Origin: Eledone cirrhosa
Lineage: Eukaryota
Direction: 5' to 3'
Length of the DNA stretch: 64,000 bases
Assembly: GCA_964016885.1 (NCBI GenBank)
Contig: OZ024743.1
Span: 337,466,001-337,530,000, forward strand
The position numbers and the translations under genes were made by a program. Below the pieces are notes generated by a model that saw nothing but the letters and a program-made list of their open reading frames with translations, had not been told where the DNA came from and ran no database searches. Shown here in pieces: positions 52,820 through 64,000 of this stretch (within the stretch, counting starts at the first letter, position 1; every line of letters begins with the position of its first letter).

Positions 52820-53560
52820 AATTAGTTACAACAGGTACTTAAGTTTCGTTGGATTATGCAGCCCAAATCATACAGCCAGTTATAAAAACAAAAAATGTAC
52901 TTGAATTTGATTTCTTTTCTGGAAATTATTCGAGTGTTCAAAGGCAGGTAATTTCTAAAATAGTTATAAATAGCTATAAGCAAAATTATTAGATAGGTTC
53001 TAGGGAAGTAACTCTTACAAAACTAACGTCAAGTATAGGGAAAAAATATTTTGCTAAGTTAACTCAAAGAATCCAAATTTATTGACATACAAATTAGTCA
53101 GTAATTCAAAGAAAATATATTCCTTGACATTAGGATTATTTAGTCAGGTCTAAACCATTTACTCAGAATGTATTCCGTATCATGCAGACAGCGACTAAAG
53201 TAGTCAAGTCGTGTATTTAAGCAGTGTTTATCTGAAGTCAGTTCAGAGAGTATATTCCATTTTTCCGATTTACAAAGGTAGTAAATTTTTCTAATATACT
53301 CCATTTGATGGAAAAATGTATACCGTTATTTTTAAGGTCCCATACATGGTTTGGGGGCTGGGTGGCTTGTTTTTTTGTCAGGATGTCTAAAAATTGTTTC
53401 ATGGTTAGGCGCCGGTTTTTGAACCGGCTTTCGGACATTCGATGTAGGTCCAGGCTTCAGTTTGGTGGTTCTGGTTGGTGGAAGTAACTTCTGCTTGATA
53501 TGTTCATCCTAGGATTAAACATTACGATAGCCACCAATCTCACTGTGTCGGACAAAGAAT
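52820..53560 (-). mobile_element. Old Naiad PLE 3' fragment
   Basis: ESRFKNR...HVWDLKNNGIHFSIKWSILEK resembles the GIY-YIG C-terminus; followed by an HHR. Confidence 0.6.
52827..52884 (-). ncRNA. Degenerate type I hammerhead
   Basis: tataactgg CTGTATGA t ttgg..ccaa c GAAA cttaag TA cctgttgta; 1-nt insertion in the core. Confidence 0.5.
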
Positions 53561-54637
53561 CCCTATAATAATTATATATGTGTGTGTGCGCGTGTGTGTA
53601 TGTGTCTATGTGTGTGTGTGTGTGTGTATGTATGTGTGTGTTTGTGTGCGCGCGCACGTTTGTATGCGAAAGTAAGCGAATAAACAACACCGGGAAACGA
53701 TGCAGTACAATGAAGATGTATATTAATTTAAAGCTTAATTTATGAAGAGAAGTGTCTTAACACGTCGTACGTCAGTCCTTCATCAACAGATATAAAGGAA
53801 GAGATAAAATGATAACTAGAAATATAGACGAGAGTAAGTAGAGTAAACAAAAATTGGAAAAAAATCACATGTACGACTGGTTAGTCGTACAAATAACTTT
53901 TTCAAGGCTACAAGGCCTCTCCGGGATCCAACTCACGGATTTGCTACTGTTCATCGAACACCCTACCAATTAAGACACTCGCCTTCGCAGCATTGATCGC
54001 TTAACACTAAACAAACATAAGACACTTGTTTTGCTCTTCGGTGTATCACATAAATGGAAGAATAGATATTAATGATACGATATGATCTGATATGTTATGA
54101 AATATGTCTATAAGATAACGTCAAACATAGCGAACGTCAAACAAAACATGAAATCTTAAGAATGTCATGAATCATCAACATGACTTTCGGGGTGATGAAA
54201 TAACATGTAAGATAGAATATGATCTTTCACACATAGGAAAATATAACCACTGAAATCACAAATTACGAACTGAACAAGCTGAAAGAAACATTAAAAAGAA
54301 AGGTAATATAAATTGAAACATCGTCGTGTCAAATGCTTCAGTTAGCGCAGGCTAGGTTTATGCTTCATAGCTGAAAAACAATATAAAAAACAAAATAATG
54401 AAACTAATTATTCAACAGGCCCACACACTCACTTATGCATATATGTGTGCATGTATGTATCTATGTAAGTATGTATGCATATATGTGTGTGACTGTGTAT
54501 GTATGTTGTATGTGTGTATGTATGTATGCGCGTATGTATGCACGTTTGTATGTATAAATATATGTGTGTATGTATGTATATATGTATGTGTATATACGCA
54601 CGTTTGTACCCTCCCCCCATATATATATATATATATA

Positions 54638-55065
54638 TGTAATCTGAGTATTTCGAACATTCGATTCGTTTGCAATTATGCAAACAGCCTATTTTAAGCC
54701 ATGTCAATAGAATGAGCCCCGCTTGCTCTTGTGTTGGCATGTAAACAGAACTGCAGACACTAATATTTCTGGGTGATTATCCTTCATCAGTACAGTTCAC
54801 TGTTCACCTGCCAAGTGTCAGAGCTAGTTAAAATATATGCTATTTTCTAAAATATACAGTGACTGATCGGCTTGATTTGCATATTAGTAGACTGGCTGAT
54901 CAGTCAGATCTGCATATTAGCAGATCCACTGATCAGCCAGATTTGCATATCAGCAGAGCTCATCAGAGGGGCTCATTCTACTGACATGGCTTAAATGAGG
55001 CTGTTTCCATAATTACAAACGAATCGAATATTATAATTAATATTCGAAAAAACTCAGATTACATT
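54638..55065. repeat. Imperfect fold-back enclosing an HHR
   Basis: 54638-54720 is inverted to 54968-55064. Confidence 0.7.
54748..54798 (-). ncRNA. Type I hammerhead (GUC site, weak stem II)
   Basis: gaactgta CTGATGA aggataatcaccca GAAA tattagtg TC tgcagttc. Confidence 0.6.
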
Positions 55066-55146
55066 TATTGTATTCAACCATTTAGAGCGATAACTTTTTG
55101 TTAGTTATATATATGTACCCCCCCCCCCCCCTCCCCCATATATATA

Positions 55147-58100
55147 TGTGAAACTAATAAACCTTTGTTCGTACTGCCTCTCTGTTTTGTTCCCGTTCCA
55201 TTTTTCACTATACAATACATGCTCCCACGGCTTCCATACCACCTTGGAATACTACCTTGACTACCGGCTCAACCCCGATCTAATCCTCCGTGACCACTCT
55301 CTGAACTTTCCCCACACCTTCCCACAATTTGTTTTTTCCTTTCTTTGCATTACTTTTTGATTGATTTATTTACTGTACTTGTTTATTTCTGTCTATGATT
55401 TTTTGTCCATGATTGCCTGTGTTTTTACGATTATGATTTTTTGTCTAGGATTTTCCTGTGTATACTCTCCTCTCCTTACGTCATTTCTGTTTGATTTTCC
55501 TTCCCCCGTCTCTGCCTATCTTTCGCACTCACCCTTTCGCCCTCCCCCGCTTCACACACCTCCCCCTGCTTTCACTCCACGCCCACCATGCCCAGCCTGA
55601 GATCCTTTCTCCACCAAATCCACACCCGCCTCAAACTTTTCCTCACCCCCCTCCTCCCACCCAGCTATCTCCCCTCGGCCATTCAACTCTCCTACCTTCT
55701 CTTCGCCAAAACCCGGCACTCCAGCCACATCCATTTCTTCAGCCACTGCCTCCACCTCCACCTTATCTCCCTCAGCTTCCGTCTACACTTCCACACCTCC
55801 CCTCCCCCCGCTTCCCCCTCCACCCAACGTATCCTCGCCGGATCCTCGCGCCTCCTAATGCGCCACTCCCTCCGCTCCTCCTGCTCCACCATCCGCAAAC
55901 TTGACTAACAACTGACCCCCACCCTCCTCCGCCTTAACTCCGCCTGCCACCCCCTCCTCGCCCACTCCATCCTCCTCTTCATCCAAAACCTCAACCACGA
56001 CCTCTTCTCCTACCTCACCTCCACCAAAGCCCTTAAACTACACTCACTCATCCCCCTCCCCCCGCCCATCCCTATGACCCCCACCCCCATCCCACCCATC
56101 TCCACCACTCTCCATCCCACCACCTCCAACACCCCTACCCAATCTCCACCGCCACTTCACCCCTCACCACACCCCCACCCCTCCTCCCTTACACACCCAA
56201 CCCCCCACCACTTGTTGTCACCATACCCCCTGACGTCCCCCTCTCCACAACTGAGCGCTCACTCCTCAGTAGAAGCCTTCGCTTCATACCCCACACTCCG
56301 CACAGCGACGAGTTCCGCACCCGAACGGAAGTCGAGTGGTTCGTACGACGCACGAAGCTACAGGCACATTTTAATCAAACGCCACCGGCTCCGAACGCCC
56401 CAGACCCGTTTCTCGCCCTGGGCCGATGACCATCGTCTTGGACGCCGGCCCCAGGGCAATTTAGCACCTTGGACGCGTTCGTCGATGCCTGCCGTAGCGC
56501 AGTAAATCGCTTCAACTTCCGCCACCGGTCCCAACGGAATAACATCTCACGGGGCGAACTCCTCGCTCTCCTTCCGTAGCCGAGATGACATCGTCATCAA
56601 ACCGGCGGACAAGGGAGGGGCCGTGGTGGTGTGGCGCGCTGACCTCTACACGGCTGAAGCCCTAAGGCAGCTCCGTAACCCCTCTTTTACCACCCTCTAC
56701 CCTCCGATCCCACACCCCTCTACCAACAAAAAGTTTCCTCCACCATCCAACACCTTGTCTCCACCTCCCTCCTCCCCCCACCGCTTCCCACCTCACCGTC
56801 CGCACCCCCACACCCCCACTATCTACTTCCTCCCCAAACTCCACAAACTCGACAACCCCGGCCGCCCCATCGTCTCCGCTTGCAACTGCCCCACCGAACT
56901 CATATCCCCCTTCCTTGACTCCATCCTCGCCCCCCTCGTCACCCCCCCCCTTCCCACATCTCCGACACCAACCACGCCCTTCGCCTATTCGACTCCTTCA
57001 CCTTCCCACCCGGCCCACAGCCCTTCCTCTTCACCCTAGATATCAAGTCGCTCTATACAGTCATCCCACACGCCGACAGCCTACGTGCCCTCAAGCACTA
57101 CCTCGACCTTCGCCCCTCCCCCATCCCCTCCAGCCCCACCCTCCTTCGGCTCGCCAAGCTAGTCCGCACCCTCAACTGTTTCTCCTTCTCGGGTGAGTTT
57201 TACCAACAGGTCACGGTGGTAGCCATGGGCACAAGAATGGGCCCAAACTATGCCAACCTTTTCGTTGGCCATGTTGAGGCCCAAATCTCTGCCCAGTACA
57301 CCGGCCCCACGCTCGAACTGTACGGTCGTTACATCGACGACTGTATCGGAGCCACGACCCTCACCCGAGAACAGCTCGATTCCTTTCTCTCCTTCTTCTG
57401 CTCCTTCCACCCCTCCCTCCACTTCACCACCTCTATCTCCACCACCCACGTCCACTTCTTAGACATCTCCGTCGCCTTCGACCCCTCCCACCACTGCCTC
57501 GTCACCTCTGCCTTCTTCAAACCCACCGAATCCCACTCCTATCTCGACTTCACCTCCTCCCACCCTACACACACTAAACACTCTATTCCCTACTCCCAAC
57601 TCCTCAGGAGCCGCCACTGTAGCCGAGATGCTGACTTTGAGTCCCAGGCCCTTTCCCTAGTCAGCCATTTCATCCGCAGAGGTTACCCCCCTTCCCTCGT
57701 CCACACTGCCCTCACTCGCGTTCGTGCTGTCCACCGCTCCACCACCCTCACCTCACGCCACCGCACACCTACCCACCGTATCCTCTTCCCCATCACCTAC
57801 CACTCCTCCACCGCACCATCCTCCGCCTCTTTCGACGCCTCCAGTCCGACCCCTCCACCTCCCACATCTTCCCAGCCCCACCACTCCCCTCCTTCAAACG
57901 CGCACGCAATCTCCGCACCCTCCTCGTCCGCAGCTCCATACCCTCCAACCACGCTCTTTCCCCCCCCCGGTTCCCTTCCCTGTTCCAGGCCTCGTTGCAA
58001 CACCTGTCCCAACATCACCAACACCACCACCTTCCAGGGTCCCAACAGCCACTCTCTCTCTGTCCGGCACGCCTTCCGCTGCACCTCCTCCAACCTAGTC

Positions 58101-59705
58101 TATGGACTTCGCTGCAGGGAGTGTAGCGCAACCTACATCGGACAGACTGGACGTCGCCTGGCGGACCGTTTTACCGAACACATCCGGGATATTCGTCTCG
58201 GCGGGAGTTCCCCCATCGCCCGCTACTTTGGCTCCCCTGGACATTCCGCGCACCACCTCACAGTCTGTGGCCTACTCCAATGCCACGGAACACCCGTCAC
58301 CCTTCTCAAGTTCGAACAACACACCATCTTCACCCTACAGACCCACACTCCTCCGGCCATAACTCCCCACCCCTATTCCTTTAGCCTTCGACCCCCCCCC
58401 CCCCCCTCTCACACACATAACCCCCACTAACATACTCCTCCTTTTCACCGCCCACCCCACAACTAACAATACTAACACCCCACCCACACCCCTTCACACA
58501 CACACACACATCCCACTAACATCTCTTCTAATACACCCCCACCCCTGCCCGCACAACCCCCTCCCGACTCCACCTTTCACAACTCCCCATCCTCTCCCCT
58601 GTCCACCGCACCTCCGCACACACTGACACACCGACTTTGTCCACCTGCCATTCTCCCCTACTGCTGCTATGCTCTGACTCTCTGACCACCTCTCCGCACA
58701 CACAGACACACAACCCTCTCCACCTGTCCTTCTCCTCTACCCTCCTCCTGCCTTGACCCTCTGACCACTTTCTGTTGCGCGCGCACCCCACATCTCCCCT
58801 CTTCCGACCAACCCAACCACGGATTACACACATTGGACATCGCTCCTACGAGTCAACTCCATCACAAGGAAAATATCCGGCACCTCACGACACCCTCTAC
58901 GGAACTAACTTAGGAACTTACCCAAGGATATACGCTCACAAAAATCTTTTTTCCCACACGCCACCTACACCCACAATACGTATAAACACCACACACACGT
59001 GCGTACTCCCACATATTTACACACTCAGCCTCCGGAATCCTCACACCTCCTCCCCCACCCCTTTGACCCATCCCCATCCCCACGCGCACGCACACATCGA
59101 CTTACACCCCACCCCACACACATCTTTTCCGGAATATGGAACCTCGTTCTTCCCCCAACTCTCACATTCACATACATACATACACACACACACTTACACC
59201 TACACACACACACCACCTTTGCATCTCACCACATCCTCTACGGAACTACCTTAGGTTTACCCATGGCCATACACTCACAAAATTTTTTTTTCCCACACGC
59301 CACCTACATCCACAAAAAACACATACACACACACACGTACACCTACACACACACACCACCTTCAGCCCTCCCCGCTCGGACACCCGCCTCCCTCTCCCCA
59401 CTCCACTCCCACCACCCCTACACGCCCCACATCCTTCCACCACTTGTTTATCTTCATGTTTATTTTTATTTTTATTATTTTTATCATTTTTTAATATTAT
59501 TTTCATTTGTACCCCTACCACCGTCCGCCCCTTTTTTTCTAAATGTCTCTCCCCCACTTCCCTACACACCCTTGGAACTCTCTTCCCACACACTTTTCGC
59601 CTGAAGAAGGGCTTATGCTCGAAACGCCCCCCCCCCACTCTCAAGAGTGTGAAACAAATAAAACTTTGTTCGTACTGCCTCTCTGTTTTGTTCCAGTTCC
59701 ATTTT

Positions 59706-59712
<7 letters not shown>
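55147..59712 (+). mobile_element. Full-length Neptune-type Penelope-like element, extremely C-rich
   Basis: IKPADKGGAVVVW, YFLPKLHK, PGRPIVS, MGTRMGPNYANLF, YGRYIDD, FLDI, C..RC..C, LVYGLRC..C..TYIGQT..RFTEH; ~65-bp terminal direct repeat 55147-55212 / 59648-59712. Confidence 0.92.
59598..59630 (+). ncRNA. Degenerate hammerhead in the Neptune pLTR
   Basis: CTGAAGA a gggc ttat gctc GAAA cg followed by poly-C; no UH site or stem I partner. Confidence 0.5.
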
Positions 59713-59762
<50 letters not shown>

Positions 59763-60022
59763 GCTGACCGGATAACCATGTTGCTTGTTTTTTTTCCTAT
59801 CTTCGGTTTGCTTTTATCCTTCTATGTTGTTTACTTGTCTCACTCGCTTTACGCGATTCACTTGACCCAATAGCTTTTTTTAGTTATTGCTCGCACCAAC
59901 CTGAGGTATATGATTTTTAATGCGATGAAATACCAATGATGGTTGGCAAATCACTGACGAGGGACTAATTTTATAATATGTAACCCATGTGCAACCACGC
60001 AGTATTCCTCTTTCTTCTCATT

Positions 60023-60260
<238 letters not shown>

Positions 60261-60462
60261 CTGAATTTGTTTAGCAAGATTCTTTATCTGAAAACGTGTG
60301 TTGAAACCGATATTGTTATACTTTGGGAGGGTGATGTTGCCAATAAGAAACACACGCACCAGTTGTTTCACTTCAATTTATTATAATAAATTTATAAATT
60401 TAGGAATTTATAAATTTCCGGTTGGTTGGTTGGTTCCACAACCAGATGATTGTTCATATATT

Positions 60463-60505
60463 GTCAAAGTTTTTTCGTCACACATTCTGTGACCTCTTCA
60501 GTGAC
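60463..60505 (-). ncRNA. Minimal hammerhead (copy of the 17450 family)
   Basis: gtca CTGAAGA g gtcac agaatgt gtgac GAAA aaac TT tgac. Confidence 0.55.
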
Positions 60506-61251
60506 TGGGGATTCTTTTCTTTGTTTTTGTGCCTCTCCTTTGTTCTGTCCTACGCCATCTTGTTTTTGTGTGTGTTGTGTTCTTAGTTTGCGCATGTGTT
60601 ACATCCGGGTATCTGTGTGTGTTTATATTTGTTTATTTATTTGTTTATTTACATGTTACTGGCTGGTTGTTTGTTCTATGTGCGTGTGTGTTTTCATTTT
60701 GTCCTTAATTGTAAGTTGTGATGTTGCTGTTCCATTCATGATTCATGTACAACATCACAACTTACAATTAGGGACAAAATGTACTAGTTTCAAGCTTATT
60801 AGCTATCGTCAGCAACGTATACCTTCCTGCCAGATTGTTGAACGTATATACTTATCTTATGCATATTAACGGCTGAGTAGCCCAATTTGCATATCGAGTG
60901 GGTTAATCGGCCGGGTGCACCGAAAACGATAAACGGAAAAATTGAAACGAAATTTCATTTCCCACTCTTAGTACGGCTGTTACTTAAATATAAGTATGTA
61001 CACGTACATACACATATGTATACCGAGGTACAGTAGTATGTATATATATATATATATATACATATATGCACACATATATATATGTACGTATGGATTCACC
61101 GAACATTTATTATAATGCTCGGTGTATTTGTAAACGTTTATTGTTTTCGGTGCACCCGGCCGATTAACCCACTCGATATGCAAATTGGGCTACTCAGCCG
61201 TTAATATGCATAAGGTAAGTATATACGTTCAACAATCTGGCAGGAAGGTAT

Positions 61252-61294
61252 ACGTTGCTGACGATAGCTAATAAGCTTGAAACTAGTACAGCGT
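61252..61294 (+). ncRNA. Minimal type I hammerhead
   Basis: acgttg CTGACGA t agct aata agct t GAAA ctag TA cagcgt. Confidence 0.85.
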
Positions 61295-61671
61295 TCCTTT
61301 TTCAGTGTTGAACAAACGATCAACGATGGTTGCTGGACACTACGGCTTAATACGGGATGTTTGTTTACAAACACACCGAGCATTATAATAAATGTTCGGT
61401 GAATCCATACGTACATATATATATATATATATGTGCATGTATGTATATATATATACATACTACTGTACGTCTGTATAAATATATGTATGTACGTGTACAT
61501 AATTATATTTAAGTAACAGCCGTACTAAGAGAGGAAATTTCGTTTCATTTTTTCCGTTTATCGTTTTCGGTGCACCCGGCCAATTAACCCACTCGATATG
61601 AAAATTGGGCTACTCAGCCGTTAATATGCATAAGGTAAGTATATACGTTCAACAATCTGGCAGGAAGGTAT

Positions 61672-61714
61672 ACGTTGCTGACGATAGCTAATAAGCTTGA
61701 AACTAGTACAGCGT
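61672..61714 (+). ncRNA. Minimal type I hammerhead (second copy)
   Basis: Identical motif 420 nt downstream. Confidence 0.85.
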
Positions 61715-61984
61715 GCCTTTGTCAGTGTTGAACAAACGACCAACGATGGTTGCTGGACACTACGGCATAATACGGGATGTTTGTTTACAAACACACCGAG
61801 CATTATAATAAATGTTCGGTGAATTCATACGTACATATATATATGTGTGCATGTATGTATATATATATACATACTACTGTACGTCGGTATACATATATGT
61901 ATGTACGTGTACATACTTATATTTAAGTAACAGCCGTAACAGCCGTACTAAGAGTGGGAAATGAAATTTCGTTTCATTTTTTCC

Positions 61985-62024
<40 letters not shown>

Positions 62025-62083
62025 CAAGCCTCTGATACCATCAACACTATACACACTAAGCTGGCATATCTAAGAACTGACTA

Positions 62084-62139
62084 ACTGCCTGATGAGGTCA
62101 TAGCCATTCAATGGCTATCATCGAAATATATATAGCAGT
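62084..62139 (+). ncRNA. Hammerhead in a solo pLTR fragment (62019-62161) of the 9-14 kb Naiad family
   Basis: Identical to 10164-10219. Confidence 0.85.
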
Positions 62140-62179
62140 AAAGGATTATGTTTCGTCACTATATATATATATATATGAA

Positions 62180-63020
62180 AGACGTAAAATAAGAACATTT
62201 TAAAAATTAAAAATTAACTTACTTACTAAAATTTTCACTCCAACTAATTAGTTTCTGTAATGGGATAAAGATAGTTACGCAATGTAACCATCGAGAATTC
62301 ATTACGTCATCAGGGAGTCTATTCTCAGCTAAGTCTCCAGGCAATGCGCGGACACTAGGGACTCATATAAAAATAATAATTCGGTGGATGGATCAGCTAG
62401 CGGGGACTAAATTCCATAGCACTGAAAAAGTTCACTGTCTCTGGTCAAGTGGCAGATTCTAAAGAATCAATCACGTGACACTGAGGCTAGTCAGTAGGAG
62501 TGGGATGGTATTATGACAAGAGCCTACTACCACTACTATGAGTTAGCAGTGGATTTGGCAAGTTTGCTCAACAGATAAATAATTTGGAGATAAATATAGA
62601 GAATTAGTATATTTACCAACATATGCGTACAGATGTACACTAATGTTAGCAAATACATAAGTTATGTCATAGTACCTAGGTGGTTCAATGCAGGGGGATG
62701 CAGAACAATTATATGACAGACGTAAAATAAGAAAATTTTAAAAATTAAAAATTAACTTACTTACTAAAATTTTCACTCCAACTAATTAGTTTCTGTAATG
62801 GGATAAAGATAGTTACGCAATGTAACCATCGAAACTAATTAGTTGGAGTGAAAATTTTAGTACGTAAGTTAATTTTTAATTTTTATAATTTTCTTATTTT
62901 ACGTCTTTCATATAATTGTTCTGCATCCCCCTGCATTGAACCACCTAGGTACTATGACATAACTTATGTATTTGCTAGCATTAGTGTACATCTGTACGCA
63001 TATGTTGGTAAATATACTAA

Positions 63021-63022
<2 letters not shown>
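62180..63022 (-). repeat. ORF-less element with a 538-bp direct-repeat period and an inverted 5' arm
   Basis: 62180-62293 recurs at 62718-62832; 62831-63023 is inverted to 62600-62794. Confidence 0.85.
62237..62318 (-). ncRNA. Type I hammerhead with extended stem II
   Basis: actcc CTGATGA c gtaatg..gatggttac attgc gtaactatc..cattac a GAAA ctaattag TT ggagt. Confidence 0.8.
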
Positions 63023-63097
<75 letters not shown>

Positions 63098-63099
63098 AT

Positions 63100-64000
63100 A
63101 TATAAGATCAAAAGATAGTTAAAAGAGTTCCATGTATTTTATTATGCGCATTTCAGAAAACAAATATCATCATGCGATGACATTTGCGTTTTCGTCAGAT
63201 AAAATAGGGAGACATGATATGAAGGTTAAAAAACACTTGTGAATAGTGCAGTTTTAAATCAACATATGAAAAGTAGTTTTAGATTGATGTGTGATATTGA
63301 GAAAAAAAATTTTGAGGGGGGGGGGGGTGATGAAAAAGAGGAGGAGATGAGAGTAAAGAATGGAGGGGGAGGAGTATAATAAGAAGGATGAGATAGGCGG
63401 AGAGATAGGTGATAGAGAGAGAGAGATAGCTTTTATAACTGAGAAAAATATATTGTTTTACATAGAGAGGTTAAAAAAACGTTGGAAGATAATATATAAA
63501 TTAAAAGAATTTGAAAATTAACGAAGAGAAAAATTTTAGAATAATGTTAAATTAAGGTTTGTATATTGAAGGGTTTAATAATATGTGCGATGAAAAGAAA
63601 TTGTTAATATGTATTAAGAATAATATTTAAGGGTTTAATAATATGTGCGATGGAAAGAAATTGGTGATATGTATTATTAAGATAAAAAAAAAAAATATAA
63701 CAATAGTAATGTAATTAAGGATATATTGTGAAAAGAAGTAGAAGAGTGGATGAATAAGTGTAATATGTATAAGTTAGATGAGCATGAAAGGGAGAAAAAA
63801 ATAATGAATTGAGGATGAATAATCTAACGTCAAAAAAATGTTTATGTTTACGAAGGATTTTTCAAGGTGATATAAAGTATTTAAAAGGGTAATCTTCCTC
63901 CAAGAGATGTTATAGTTAATATTTTTGTCTTTCAAGGACCATATGAGTTCTGAGAGTGCCGTGTTGGTTCTTTTAAGTTGGTATTTAAAAGACGAATGAT
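63100..64000 (-). mobile_element. 3' end of a Naiad PLE running off the window
   Basis: The reverse complement of 63895-64000 translates HSSFKYQLKRTNTALSELIWSLKDKNINYNISW, followed by a pLTR with an HHR. Confidence 0.75.
63135..63206 (-). ncRNA. Type I hammerhead
   Basis: tattttat CTGACGA aaacgcaaatgtcatc gcat gatgatatttgttttct GAAA tgcgca TA ataaaata. Confidence 0.8.

Larger units (their letters stand above)
60780..61989 (+). repeat. ORF-less 420-bp tandem repeat with HHRs and an inverted 5' copy (retrozyme-like)
   Basis: ~61135-61555 recurs at ~61555-61989; 60780-61133 is an inverted copy. Confidence 0.88.

Noticed and set aside
53745-53790. Minus-strand TTGATGAaggac HHR-like remnant
   Set aside because: GAAA and stems are too degraded to support a call.
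59950-60010. CTGACGA-ggg..ccc possible HHR
   Set aside because: No properly placed GAAA or stem I.
60780-61989. CRISPR array or simple satellite
   Set aside because: No repeat-spacer pattern; only about two units plus an inverted copy, in a eukaryotic context.

Overview
Eukaryotic, AT-rich, repeat-saturated intergenic or intronic DNA. The (TA)n/(CA)n density and the SINE seen here suggest a cephalopod (Octopus-like) genome, which is an inference. I found no host gene; most ORF-track entries are microsatellite translations. The window is a nest of retroelements inserted mostly into (TA)n/(AAT)n tracts: Penelope-like elements (several Naiad-type, one Neptune-type, one chimeric), RTE, CR1-like and Tx1/L1-clade LINEs, a tRNA-derived SINE, and Helitron-like and MITE-like DNA elements. 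The main hidden signal is about 20 complete or near-complete type I hammerhead ribozyme (HHR) motifs from more than 10 sequence families, read by eye on both strands. Most have a palindromic stem III. Many have non-canonical 10.1-11.1 pairs or very long stem II insertions. Three ORF-less HHR-delimited tandem units (about 420, 538 and 542 nt) look like retrozymes or non-autonomous Penelope elements that could produce circular RNAs. All ribozyme calls come from manual pairing and have not been tested.
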